Assembly (NCBI GenBank): GCA_013239625.1
Contig: MU054220.1
Span: forward strand, 5,936,626 to 6,000,625
Direction: 5' to 3'
DNA from: Lama guanicoe
Lineage: Eukaryota
Length of the DNA stretch: 64,000 bases
Notes under the pieces: model-generated
Seen by the model: the letters and a program-made list of their open reading frames with translations, nothing else
What the model was told of the DNA's origin: nothing
Database searches by the model: none
Shown here: in pieces, positions 24,781 through 38,130 of the stretch
Numbering within the stretch: position 1 is the first letter of the stretch
How the letters are laid out: every line of letters starts with the position of its first letter
Translations under genes and position numbers: made by a program

Positions 24781-27257
24781 TAAAAATTTGTTTGCCTTTA
24801 ATTGTATTTTTAATAAACATTATCTATGTTTAAGGTGTATGACATGATGATTTGATATACATAGTGCAATGATTGATATTGTCAAGCTAATTAACATGGC
24901 ATCTTCTCACAGTTACCTTTTTTAGTGTCTAATGAGAGCACTTGAATTTTATTCTCTCAGCAAAAAAGTCTTCAATGCAGTGTAATTAAGTATAATCATC
25001 ATGCTATAAATTAAATCTCTAGATAATTCATCCCACATAATAGTAATTATGTACCCCCTGACCAAGATCTTTCCATTTGTCCCATCTCCCCACCCCTGGA
25101 AACCACTGTTCTACTCTCTGCTTCTATGTATTTGACTCTTTCAGATTCCACATATAAGAAAGATAATTGCAGGGTTTTTTTTCTTTTGGTGTCTGGCTTA
25201 TTTCACTTAGTATAATGTTCTTTAGCTTTATCCATGTTGTTGCAAATGGCAAGATTTCTTTTTTTTCTAAGGATATGAATAATACTCCATTATATATACT
25301 TGTGTATATGTGTGTGTGTGTGTGTGTGTATGTATCTCTCATAATTTCTATCCACTCATACATCAATAGACACTTAGGCTGTTCCCATATCTTGGCTATT
25401 GTGAATAATGCTACACTGAACATTGGAGCACAGATATTTCTTCAAGGTGCTAATGACATTTCCTTTGGATAATTAACCAGGAGAGGGATTGCTGGATCAT
25501 ATTTTAGTTCTAGTTTTAATTTTTTAAAGAACTTCCAAAATATTTTCAACAATGGCTGCATAAATATATAACCCTACCAACAATGTACAAGGGTTCTCTT
25601 TTTTCCACATCCGCACCAACACTCATCTTTCATTTTTTTGATAGCTGCCATCCTCACAGGTGTGAGGGTGAACATTTTTTCATGTACCTGTTTGCCATTT
25701 ATATGTCTTCTTTTGAAAAGTGTTTTTTCAGGTCCTTTGCCCATTTTTAAATCAGATTAGTTGAGGGTTTTTTTTTTTTTTTTTTTTGTGGATTTTTTTT
25801 TTAGTGGTGGTTTGTTTTGCTATTGAGTTGTATAAGTTTCTTACATATTTTGGATACTAACCCCTTATCAGATACATGGCATGCAAATATTTTCTCCCAT
25901 TCTGTAGGTTGCCTTTTCATTTTGTTGGTGGTTTCCTTAGCTGTGCAGAAGATTTTTGGTTTGATGTAGCTCCACTTGCTTAACTGTGCTGTTGTTGTGT
26001 GAGCTTTTAGTGTCATATCTAAAAAATTATCAAGGCCAATGTCATAGAGCTTTTTCTCTATGCTTCTTGCAGAAAGTTTATGGTTGCAAGTCTTAGTTTT
26101 AAGCCTTTGCTCCATTCTGAATACCTCTTTTTCTAGATAGTATAAGGCAGGATTCAGTTTCATTGTTTTGTGTGTGGATATCCAGTTTTTCTATCAAGAC
26201 TGTTTAGAGACTCCCCTTTTTCCATTATTAGTGGTGTCCTTGTCAAAAATTAGTTGACTACTATGGATAGGTTTATCTCTAGGCTCTCTGTTCTGTTCCA
26301 CTGGCTTATGCTTCTGTTCTTATGGCAGTACCACACTGTTTTGATTACCACAGTCTTGAGATATAGTTTGAAATCAGGCAGTGTGATGCCTCTATCTCTC
26401 TTCTTCTTTCTCAAGATTGCTTTGACTACTGAGGGTCTTTTGCAGTTTCATATAAGTTTTGTAATTGTTTTTACTAATTCTGTGAAAATTATCATTGGGA
26501 TTTTGATAAGGATTGCACTGAATCTGTGTTTCACTTTGGGTAATACAGACATTTTAGCAATATTAATTCTTTCCATCCACCAAAAAAGACTATCTTTCCA
26601 TTTATTTGTGTCTCCTTCAATTTCTTTTATCAATATTTTATAATTTTCAGTGTATAGATCTTTTCTTTCCTAGTTAAATTTATTCCTAAACATTTTATTA
26701 TTTTTGCTGCTTTCATAAATGGGATTGTTCTCTTGATTTCATTTTTGGGTAGATCATTGCTAATGTAAAGAAATACAACTGATTTTATATGTTGCATTGG
26801 GAGTCGGAGATGTCCTCCAAACTGAGAAGAAACTTTGGGACTGAAAAAGGAAGTGGGAAGCTTCTCAAAGTAAATTATGAAATGTATTGTGGGTAACTAA
26901 TTGCATTTATTTTTATCAGGGATACTGGCTTGTAGTTTTATTGTGGTTTCTTTACATGGCTTTGATATCAGGGCAATGTTGACCTCATAAAATGAGTTTG
27001 GTAATGTTACCTTTGTTTCAATTTTCTGGAAGAGTTTGAGAAGCATTAGTGTTAATTTTGCCTTAACATTTTGGTAGAATTCACCAGTGAAGCCATCCAG
27101 TCCTGGGCTTTTATTGTTGGAAGGGTTTTAATGACTGATTCACTTTCCATACTACTTATAGGTCTGTTCAAGCTTTATATTTCTTCCTAGTTTATTCTTG
27201 GTAGGTTGAATGTTTCTAGAAATGTATACATTTCTTTCTGGTTATCCAGTTTGGCAT
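24781..27257 (-). mobile_element. L1MA9-like LINE-1, 3' ~2.4 kb, with an internal deletion
   Basis: 3' UTR TTTAAGGTGTATGACATGATGATTTGATATA..TCAAGCTAATTAACA; ORF2 remnants [14 protein letters not shown] and [41 protein letters not shown] corresponds to KSPGPDGF. Confidence 0.9.
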
Positions 27258-27900
27258 TATCTAGTAAATTTTAAATTATGTACAACTTGGAATTCCACAT
27301 CAATGTATATAACTTACAGAACTGTTCACATGTGGGCTTTGAGGGTTCAGTTCCAAAGTATCTATTTTAGCACCCTTAATGGTCATCCCAAACTGGAAAC
27401 AATCCAAATGTCCATCAGAAATAGAATGAATACATACATTGGAATATGTTCATTGTGACGTGTTCACACAATTGAATCCTAGATGGTAATGAAAATGGAA
27501 AAACATAGCTCACATGACAATATGGGTGAATTTCACAAACATAACACAGATCAAAAATCCAAACATGCAATGGTTTCTATTGGACAATTTATTTAATATG
27601 AAGATCAGTGTGGAAAACTAACCTATAGTCCTTAAGGATACATACACATGCAGTAAAACAATATAAAGAGCAAAAGATTGATTACTTTAGATGTCAAGCC
27701 AGTAGTTATGGTTAGCTGGGCAGCAATGGGTTGTGACTAGGAAGGACTGGGGGCTGCTGCTTGTGGAATGCTGGTGTTGCTTGGTTTCTCAACCTGAATG
27801 TTGGCTCTGTGCATTCCATTAGTAATAATATTGGAATGGTGTATATTCTCATCTTTCCTTGCATGTATGTGATATTTTATAATTTAAATTTTTTATTTTA
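27258..27900 (+). mobile_element. Ancient L1 (L1ME/MD-like) 3' end
   Basis: CCCAAACTGGAAACAATCCAAATGTCCATCA..AATATGGGTGAATTTCACAAACATAA..AAAACTAACCTATAGT. Confidence 0.75.
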
Positions 27901-28179
27901 TGTTAAAAACCACATTAAATGTAGGAAGCCCAGTTAGGAAGCTACTGCAATTCTCTAGGAGAGATGATGGCAAATTGAAATAGATTCAAAGTAAAAGAGT
28001 TCAAATAATGTCAAGAAATCTGGTAAGGAATGGAGGAAATAATCATTCTGTTTCACAGTCTAAGTAGTTAATACTTTTAGAAAGCTTACTGTGTGTATAA
28101 AGTTTGATATATAGGTCAAATTTTATTTTTTCCTATATGGATATTAAATTAGCCTAGCATCATTTTAAAAAAGGGTTTA

Positions 28180-28545
28180 AACTTCACATTAACCCTATAG
28201 GGTGGGATTTACTCCAGTCATAATTTTACAGGTGAAGAAACTGAGGCAAATAGGGTTAATCAACTTTCCAAAGAACAATTCAACATAATTGCAACTTCTA
28301 CTTTCAACTACAACTAAGGACTAGCAGGAGTGGGTCAGCATTTATTGAACAGCAGTGTTTTGAGGCATGAGGTTAAGTGCCTTCATGCACAGGTTCATTT
28401 AATCATCCAAAAAACCCGCTAAGCAGGTCCTAAAATTATCTCCATTTACATAGGAGGAAATTCAGTCTTAAAGGGATGACTAGCAAACCACTTACAAGGG
28501 GCGGAGCCAGGTCTCGAACACAGATCTATTACTTTCCAAAAGTCA
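28180..28545 (-). mobile_element. Two tandem MIR fragments
   Basis: TTTTACAGGTGAAGAAACTGAGGCA (~28225) and ATCTCCATTTACATAGGAGGAAATT (~28440). Confidence 0.75.
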
Positions 28546-30459
28546 GCTCTACGGGGCTCGTCTTTACTGCTTTGGAATTAGTAAGTGATTATAGACTTGA
28601 AATTGTAACTTCTACTTTTCTATTAAAAAGAATTTACAGATTTTTCTTTGGGGGTTTCAATATAAATATTCCTAACTCCAGATTTCTTCTAAATCACCAC
28701 AATGGGAACAGAAAGGTTGAAAACCACTTAAAAGACCCAAAGTTGTACTATTTCTTTCCCTACATCAGCTTTTCATATACTGTCTGTAACTTTGACAGTT
28801 ATCACCATAATGTGGATATTTTAGTATTAAACTAATCTACCTATTTAAATTCTGATTTCTCTCTTTGTAGCAGAATTCCCTATCATGGCTTGAGATGCAA
28901 ATTCAGACTCACGAATTACTGAGAACTCACTTTATGCTTCGGTTCGAAGAATGTTAATATGCATAGCTGGACTTTATTGTTTTCTATCTCCCGTTCCACC
29001 AGTTTTGTTATATAACTCTGCTTCCTTGCTCTTTTTCTTGTGGACTAAATCCCTAGCATTCTGATAACTTGCCGAATCTGAATTCTTTGTCATTAAATAC
29101 ATTTTATTTTCCAAGTGATATTTCTCCTTCTGGAACGCTGACCTTTGAGACCCCATTGGGCTCATTACTATTGCCCGTGGCAGACACCCGGTCCTCACCA
29201 GGATGCTCTGACCGACACTTCTTTTTTGCTTGACATCAGACATTGCACTTTCTGACATCTACAATTTTGTGAGAATTTCAGGGGCTGCCTCAAGCCTGCA
29301 TTTCACTCCCACTGATAGCATCAATGTGAAGCACGCAAGAATGTTTCTCTCTGTATGATTAATGCATTAATCTGTTTGTTAAATACATTTTTGGTGATGT
29401 TTGGTGAACCCAATTAACTTCACATAATTAATGATGCTACCAAATGTGCAACATTAGATTATTTTTCCAAAATGTCTGTTTATATAGAATCTCTTGATCT
29501 GTATGTCCCCCTCAATTTAGACCCAACTATTTATTTATTTATTCCTTCAGCAAATACCCATTGAACCCCTTTCCCTTGTGATATATCGTGAAAGGACAAA
29601 AATGGAATAATCAACAGAATATAGCTTGACATATAGTAGTTCCTCTAAAAACATTTATTGAATGAATAAATACATGAATGAAAGAACACTATAATGACAT
29701 AGATATTGAATAATTGCATATCTTATCAAGAGTTTGCTTGAATTTTTCATGGGAGAAATCCAGAAATCCATCAACTCAAGGACATTGCTTACTGGCACTG
29801 AAAAGGGCAAGAGTTACCTCTGGTTCTAGATTAAGAAGCAAAGGAAATTATTTCTGAGCCCTGTTGAGAGTGAACTTCAACATCTAAGATAGAAGAAGTG
29901 AATGGAGAATCAGGAAATTATCTACTTGAAGAACCACCAAAACAGAACAGAAAAAAATGGCAAAAACCTGAAACTATCTCACGATGCTAAGGTGTGCAGA
30001 GAGGATGTTAGTGGCTCAGCTGGTGGAGGAATAGTAACTGTAAGAATGTGACAGGAGCTTAGCCAAAAGCAGCCAAGTTCCACAAACCTTGTTCTCAGCA
30101 TCCTTCCATGACATATAACCCTCTTTCTTTGCTTTGTATCATTACAGAGAGAATGAGCCATTACTAAGATGGCTGAAGCTATAAAGCCTAAAATGTAACT
30201 AGCATCAGATAAAAGCTCACAAGGCATAGCTGATTAGTGCCCAAGACAGTGGCAGCATAATTCATATTTCAAGCACTTGAGGTCCATTCTCATCAATGAT
30301 TCCTTCCATGAGAGAGGCTGAGCCTAGCAATCACCTCTGGACAATGGGGCCAATTGCCTGTGAGCTGATGATTATGAAATACGGTACCCAACCACTCTAG
30401 AATGTAATCAGTAGTCAGGGAGAATATGTAATTCACTATTTACGAGACTTCCTCTGGTT

Positions 30460-30655
30460 GTATTCACTTCTAAACCCACAACATTTAGCCTCTGATCTCA
30501 GCACTGCTGAAACAGCTTTCATAAAGGGTTGCAATGACTTTCTGTTTGTAAAACTCAAAAGCATCATCTCGGTTCTCATTTCCTTTGGCCTCTCCGCAGT
30601 GTTTGATACCACTGACTATTTCATTTTTCTTAAAACATTTGCTTTCTCTGGCTCC
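30460..30655 (+). mobile_element. L2 LINE fragment from the reverse-transcriptase domain
   Basis: Frame LLNPQH..STAETAFIKGCNDFLFVK..SVLISFGLSAVFDTTDYFIFLKTF resembles the CR1/L2 RT pattern LLNPLQSGF..STETAL.KVTNDLL..SVLILLDLSAAFDTVDH..LLETL. Confidence 0.8.
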
Positions 30656-31060
30656 TGTGGCTGCAATGATATTCATCATTCTTTTTGGTTGCTAAGCATC
30701 TGATCCCCTTCCTCTATTTGGAGAAGCCTCACTTTTTGGAGGTGGTGCCCTTACTCCATTTTGGAAACTGAAAATGCCAGATACTTATTTTATCAACCTC
30801 CTTGGCAGCTAGGGAACAAGAGGATGTCTAATTCCCACACTCATACATACCAGCCCTACACTTTGAATAGAAATCAGTGATGCAAACCAGCAAAGAATAC
30901 GTAGACTCGGTCCAGGTCTAGGATAGACAGAGGTGTCCTCTCTGTGTAAGTTCCAGGTGCAGTAACTGCAGAATTTCTGGTGGTGGGATCTAGTGTCCTG
31001 TGCTGAGATTTTGTTGGGGCAAGCAGCGGTGCCAATGCTCAGCAGAATTTTCATCATGTC
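30656..31060 (+). mobile_element. ERVL-class LTR remnant (LTR33/LTR16-like)
   Basis: CTGAAAATGCCAGATACT..CAACCTCCTTGGCAGCTAGGG resembles the conserved block of these LTRs. Confidence 0.5.
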
Positions 31061-32214
31061 ATCACTGCAAGCTTGGTATAATTGTCAGCATTTTTCATGG
31101 CTAGACTTACCAAGTTACATGCATGCATCACAGAAGTTATCTTAACTCTAGGTCAAGAATGCCAAAACATTCTAACATATTAAAATAATTGCATCTAAAA
31201 ATCTACACAAAGAGAACAAAATTTCTCTCTTTCTTCTTTCTCTGCCCCTCTTCTCTCTCAGTACACATTTCAAGTATATTTTTGTTAAGGTTTAGAGGAT
31301 AAATGTGAAATGGTCTATTATGCCTTCATTAACATCTCATGAAAGAAAGGGTTAAGAACCTAGTGTGAGTTATATCCACTGAATCTGAGAGTCAGAAAAA
31401 AAATCTCAAAGTAAATTTAATTCTATCTTAAATCTGACGCTTGAGTCTCCTGTGATGCATCCGAGTCATAGTGGTCTGCCCTCTGCACAAACACATCAGT
31501 TGTTATAACTATAATTCAAATTAAAATTTTAGATCAGAAAGTAACTCAAGAAGCTCTTCCAACACCACACTTTTATGGAAGAAGAAAACTAGAGCCAAGA
31601 GAGGATAAATGACCAGGATGTGGCTGCACATTCATTAGTGGCTGATCTCTGTCTCTGGGTTCAGTGGTTTCTTCTCTGTATCTCTGTGCTCACTCTTGGA
31701 GCATCCGTAGCTGACCCTGACTATTAGAACATTTTTCCTTATAATGAGCCCAAATCTATCTCTCCGAAACCTTCTTGGTCCATTGATCCCTAAAAATGTA
31801 AAGACATAAAGAATGAGGTTAATCTCTCTTGGGGAAGATCACTGTTATTAACTTTGCTCAGAGTTTCTGATAAGTCTTCTCCAGGATGAGAATTTTCCTA
31901 ATTCCTACGACTTGGCCCTCATTTTTGTCACCCTCTGAGTCACCGTCATAGTTGTTGACGGTCTCCTGGGCACACTCTAGTTGACTTTACTAAGGAGTAG
32001 CTAGTCGTGTACGTGACGCTCCATTGTTCTCTCACAGGCTTAGGATTTGTCACATTAATTTTCATAAATAGTGAAAATATCTGTGTCTGAGGTGACTCAT
32101 AAAGTCTTGGAAAGAATCTCGGTATGTTGGACGTAGTTTGGTAAATATAGCGTTTCGAGATCTGTCTCTGAAGGAAGATAGAGCACGCCGTACTTACAAA
32201 GTACCAGCTGCCCG

Positions 32215-32490
32215 AGGCACCAGAAATCCTTTTCCAGCAACTCGCAGACTCTAGGGAAGTCATTTAAACCCTTTGGGCCCATGTTTGAACATGTGTAAAA
32301 TAAGCCATATGACTTAAGTGATCGCTAAGGGGTTAGCAAACTTGCTCTAGTGGAAAGAACGAGAGGGCTTTGATTCTGAGGATTCGATCCACCCACAAGT
32401 TAGCTCTGTTACGCAGCAGCTGGGTGAATTTAGGCCAGTAACTCATAGAGCTAGCCTCAGTTTCTTCCTCTTTAAAATGGATATATGAAT
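32215..32490 (+). mobile_element. Two MIR fragments
   Basis: GACTCTAGGGAAGTCATTTAAACCCTTTGGGCCC..GTAAAAT and GCCTCAGTTTCTTCCTCTTTAAAATGGA. Confidence 0.65.
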
Positions 32491-33554
32491 AGGGGAAGCT
32501 GATGAGAAGAAAGTTACTGGACTTCTCTGGCGCTTTCGATTATAATAAACAGAAAACATCTCTTTTCAATGTTATTCCACACTCCACATCCCCTACTCAA
32601 CTACGGCATTTTGAAAGTCAGAGCCTCCACCTCGTGTAAAATAACTGAGGTCCTGGTTTTATGAAAAGACATCCTATTTTTTTCTCCCCCTCACAGGTAT
32701 TCTGTTCTTCCCTGGTTTAATTAGTCCTTGATCAGAACTGATGGAATTGTATATCATGAAGCATTTCAGCCAGCTGGGAAAGAGACTCCCTTGAGCTGCT
32801 GTCATGAGAAGCCAGTGACCAAGACTTCTCAACAGGATCTCTTCCAGTAATGAGCTGTTTCTAATTTTATCCACATCACAGGCACTCATCCCATTAGCTG
32901 GTTTTGAAGAGCAGGTTGGGACACCAAAACCCACCACGTGTGATTACTGATTTTTCTAAAAGCTTCATCTGGGGATTATCAGCCCAGTAAATAGCAAGCA
33001 GACAAAATGTGGGATGTCTGTCTTCAGTGCAACATCCAGATGACCTAGCTTGTGGCAGATTCAGTCAGCTCAAAGATGGTGTTTCTGTATTTTCTTTTTT
33101 AACAACCCAAAGCAACCTCCTCCCAACCAAATTAGCTGCAGCCCAGGAGAATGGTCCATGAATTATTTACCAAAAAGTTCATGCTCCTCACCCATCTTTT
33201 TCTTCAACTGTGACTTGTCATGCTCCTTCTAGAAGTCAGAGGAAGAGCAAGTTTTAACAATTTTGTGTAATAATGTCCTCCAGGGATGTCTTTTTTGTCT
33301 TTTTTTTTCCCTGAGGAAATGGACCAGACAGCTAAAACTTGGCCAAAATGTTGTGTTACTGACGTGTAGTTGCAAGAAGATCTTTAATAAGGCAATAGTT
33401 TGATGCCTAGTGCAATGATGTATTTTGTGGGTGGTTTTTCTTTGAGATAAAAATAAAAATTAAAAAAGAAATTTATGATGAAGATTAAGGTCTGGTGCAC
33501 ATTACAAAGCAACGATTCTTCAGAAACCGCAATCAACTGAAAATGTGAACTATG

Positions 33555-34380
33555 ATTCATTCAGTGGGGACTATGTGCTGGCACCATGCTAGGTGCTAGG
33601 TGTGGTACATGTTACTTACCCGATCTTCCCAACTGTGACCTCACAGGCAAGCACTTTCTATCTCTATTTTAAAGACCATGGAATTATATCAGGGAGCTTA
33701 TCCAATATCTCAACAGGGCCTGGTAGTTTACAAGACACTTACAAACAAATGATCAACCTCAATTCTGTTGCATAGTCTTTAATAAAGGCTTAAATGGCCT
33801 CATTTTATATATGAGCAAAGAAACTGAAGGATGTTTGGCCTTGGATAGCAAGACTCTTTGTCTAGGCGTCCCTGATGCAATAGTTTTAATGCCCATTTGA
33901 TGAGAAACTATCATTTATAACAAATTGCTCAAAGTCACTTATTCTGTTGATCTTTTCAAGCAATCATGAAATGATGATATTATTTCCATTTTATACACAA
34001 GGAAACTGAGTCTTACGGAGGTTAAATATTTTGCTCAAAGTTATCTCACTAACTTGTGGTGGAACCAGAATTCCAGTTCAGGTTAGCTGGGCTCAATGCC
34101 TATGACCCTTCTCTAAAAATCCTTTGTACCACAGTCTGGGTAATGATGCACTCCTTGGCGTCACCCGTGACTTATAATCCTCTTAAAGTTAATGACACTC
34201 TTATTTTAGTGGTGTGCGTCTTTCTCATTCTCCTTAAGTATAGAAGGGCGACAATATTAACGTCCACTGTTTAAGGCTATGGTGAGGGTTAAATGAATTC
34301 ATATGCCTGAAACACATAACAGAGGCTGGCAGGCACAGCTACAGAATGAAGGCTAGCTACCCTTTTAGCCTTAACTATTC
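33555..34380. mobile_element. Cluster of MIR fragments in both orientations
   Basis: ATTTCCATTTTATACACAAGGAAACTGAGTCT..GAGGTTAAATATTTTGCTCAAAGTT (~33985) and GTGAGGGTTAAATGAATTCATATG (~34282). Confidence 0.7.
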
Positions 34381-35624
34381 TTGTTGTGTTTACTTCTTTC
34401 TAAGGCAACATGGGCTGTGATAAAAAGTCTCATGATCTAAATCTCTTTCTTGACTCTGGCGAGAACTGCTTTTGGTGTGTGTGTATCACCTGCGGTATCC
34501 AAGCCCATGACATCCCGTGGACAAAGGCTGGGATTGTGAACCACCTCCTTCTGTAGGATTCCCCAGCAGCACAAAGCCTAAGACTTTTCCAGGTGGCATC
34601 ACCTGCTGCTCTTCTTTTCCCCAGCTCTTCAAGAGTGTCCAGCTGTCATGGTGACACTGACAAACATTGGCAGGCTTGTGGGCTCGCTTGGGAGTCTCTG
34701 TAGCCGCACGAGCTTCACCGTTAATAATCATGGGGTGAGTGCTCGGTGCTGGCTATTGTCCGCCAGTTACAAGTCAGACAGGCCCATGCCTCACCGCCAG
34801 CCATTCCCTGGAGTCTGCAAACTGACACACCAGCCCAGAAGACCTCTCTCTTGCACAGGATGATCAAGCCTAAGGCCCTAACTATCACATTTGGAATCTT
34901 CAGGCAGTCAGTGGTTGAACTTATTTTTCCCTGCTCACTCCAGGGCTTTAACCTGCCTGTCACATGCATCTGCCTCTGATGTTTTCACATCAGTGTCAGG
35001 AAGATGCTTCAGGGAGAGCTGAGTCAAGCTGCGGGGAAGGAGCATGAGGCTTCAGGATGGCAAGAGTCAAGATGGATTCTCATTTTCCCCTGGATGGAGC
35101 AGGTTTTGCTCTTAAAACCATGGAGAACCCTGTCTAAACAAGTTATTGTCGATTCGTCTGGAACTTGATGCATGACGACCTAAGTAAGCATGAAGTGTCA
35201 AATCATGTAGGTCCAAATCGAAAGAAAGTCTAGTATCTCCACTCAAGATAGTTGGAAAAGCTTCCCATGACATTTTAATCCATGCTGTGCACTTACTCTT
35301 TCTACCTGCACACCACGTGGGAAGTGAGTGAGGTTGAGCGTAGACCAACCCGAATTTGAATCTCATTTCTACCACTCACAACACTGCAACCCTGGGTCAT
35401 ATATGTTAGTCCTTTAAGCCTCTTTCTGATTTCACTCTTCTTGCAGTTCATAGAGCCAATCACTGTCTGAAATTATCTTGTTTTACTAATGGGGTTGCTT
35501 AAGCTTGCTTATGCTTTTCCCCACTTGGGCATCTCTTTACGTTCCAGGTGTTCAGAGCAGCACCTGGTACTGATGAGCAATAAATTAAAAAAAAAAAAAC
35601 TGTGAATGGGCTATAGAGCTGCAG

Positions 35625-36099
35625 GTGTCTCTTACGGCTGTTGTAACAAATCTCCACAAAGCTGGGAGCTTAAGGACAACCCAGATTTATTTTGTTCGAG
35701 TTCTGCAGGCCAAGAGACCAAAGTCAGTATCACTGAGCCAAAATCAAGCTAGAGGCAGGGTCATGCTTAATCTGAGCCTTTAGGGGAAATTTATTCATTG
35801 TCTTTTTCAGCGTTTTGTGGCCGCTGGCTTTCCTTGGCTTGTCGCCACCTCATTCCCATCTCGGCCTCCATGGTCACATTGCCTTCTCCTCCGCTGTCTG
35901 CGCCAGATCTCCCTCCTGTAAAGACACATGTGATTGCATGTAGGGCTTGCCTGCAGACTCCAACATAATCCCCTTGTCTCAAGATCCTTAACATAGTCAT
36001 TTCTGCAAAGCAATTATTAGCCAGGTGAGGCAGTGTTCACAGATTCCAGGAACTGGGATGTAAATGCCTTTGGGGGAGGGGCATGGTCCGTTTACTACA
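35625..36099 (-). mobile_element. MaLR solo LTR (MLT1C/D-like), near complete
   Basis: GGCTGTTGTAACAAAT..CACAAA..GGCCTCCATGGTCACATTGCCTTCTCCTC..TCTCAAGATCCTTAAC..TCACAGATTCCAGG..TTACTACA. Confidence 0.85.
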
Positions 36100-37859
36100 A
36101 TGATTGTGTACTTTTCATTCATTTTTAGCAGCCCATCCTTCTATCCTTTCAACCCTTCTCTTCTTCTGACTTTCATGCTGTTTATCAGTATTTATCACCT
36201 CTCTTCTTTCCTACCCTCCTTTTTCCTTCCCTTTGTCCTTCCTTTCCTCTTCTTTTCTTTCTTCCTTCTTTCTTTCTTTTTTTCCTTACAGGAACCACTG
36301 AAATTTAAGCAATCAACTTAAGGCCGTCTTTGTTCTCAGGACTTTCCCAAATGAAACCATGTGCAATATGTCCAAGACAGAGCCCTCACCAAATGTGGGG
36401 CTGTTATGTGAACCTCCTTTTATTTCTTTTGACTTTAGGGCTATAATTACCATTTGCTTTTGGCCTTTCACAGACCTCCTCTTAATAATGCTCAGTGAAT
36501 CCATATGAAATTATCAAGGACAATCTGTGTTTTGGTGAAGAGGGCCAAAATAATTATAACACTAATCTAGGATGCCAGTTGCTAGGTAATTATTCAGCTA
36601 CCACTGATAATGAACCTGTATTACCTGTATGATCAACTGGCTAATGTTTTCAATTAGAACCTGATGTAGGTTCTTAATGTCCTTGAAAGCTAAAACAAAA
36701 TACCCAAAAACCCAGTTACTCCAAAGCATCTTTATTAATATATAATTGACAAATCATATTGGATTTCACTCATAGGACGCCTGGTCATTTGGATGGCAGG
36801 TGTCATTTGGATTCAATGAATTTGGTACTATTTTAATCTTGGGTAAACACACCACAGAAGCAGAATATAATCAGGTCAGCACTCTATGGTAAAGTCTGAA
36901 CTATTTTTTACATTCAGAATGCTGAAGCATTTTCCTCTTACAGAGTGGTGGCAAGGAACTCCTACAGAGAAATCTGGTCCCAGTATGGGTGTTGACAACA
37001 AGTCTGTGGGTCCTCCGGCCAGAATTTCTGGGAAGGTGACATCATTTGATGGCATTTAATTAAGCCTGGAAAAGTCTCTGAAAGGCAGCTTAATGTCACT
37101 CAGCAAGATGATGCTGAGTTGGATTTGGCTGCCTAAACATGGGGCTTAAAATGAAAGTGCTAATCAAGCATCTTTCAGGTAAGTACCTCCTTCCCCAGTT
37201 TGTCTGTGGGGAGATAGAACTGTAAAAAGGAATAAAAAAAATAAAAAATAAAAAATAGACTGAAGAACTCTTGTTCCTTGATGAGATGTCAGGGGCCCTG
37301 AAGCTACTCTTTTAATCATCCAGTGGACTTATTTCCATTATAAGGGACTTACTTGGGAACAGTAAGCAGTGAGAATGAGCAGCATGAAAAATAAACTGTA
37401 GCCCAAGGCAGTTTCATTGAACACAGAAGAGATGAAGGCTTTGGGTTTGCTGGTACGGAACTCTGAGAAGGATGGGGCAGCCATCTTTTAGCTGGTCCCT
37501 GACTGAGCCTTTGGTCAGAGGGACAAGAGGGAATGCATCATTAAGGTCACTGATGCTTCTAAGGAAAATGTGAGACTAAGGTCATTATCCAGGCACTTAA
37601 GGCCAATTTTCCTCTTGGATAATGTAAATTAAAGCTATTTAATTTTATTTTTATCTCTGACCATACATTTTAAATAATATCTAGCACAGCAAGTGAAAAA
37701 TAATAGTATCTAGCATGGTATGTGGAAAAACAAAACAAATGACATTAATGGCATAATTTATAAGGCTACCATTTAAACATGTCTGAATTCCAGACACAGA
37801 ACTCTAGACCAAGAAACGTGATTCTGTGCATTTCGCACAACCTCTATGAGCCCCAGTTT

Positions 37860-38130
37860 CCCAGACATGGATTCCGGAGCTGGACCAGAAGTTCAAATCC
37901 CCAGCTCTGCCTCGTACCGACTGTGTGATGAATTGTCCAACTGTGTAGTTTTCTGCCTTATATAATGTAGATGACAGCGGTTCCAATCTCACCAGTTACT
38001 GTAGGAAGTAAATCAGTTAACATGTAAGAAGCTAATACGTGCGATCCAGTTAGAAAAAGAGTCTCCATAATTAAGTGCTTAATAAAGGTCAGTGGTTGCT
38101 GTCATTCGTGTTGCTATTATTATTATTATT
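37860..38130 (+). mobile_element. MIR SINE
   Basis: GGATTCCGGAGCTGGACC..GTTCAAATCCCCAGCTCTGCC..GTGCTTAATAAAGGT..ATTATTATT tail. Confidence 0.8.

Noticed and set aside
36064..36321. Hydrophobic 85-aa ORF resembling a membrane peptide
   Set aside because: Derived from the end of an MLT1 LTR plus a CT-rich low-complexity tract.
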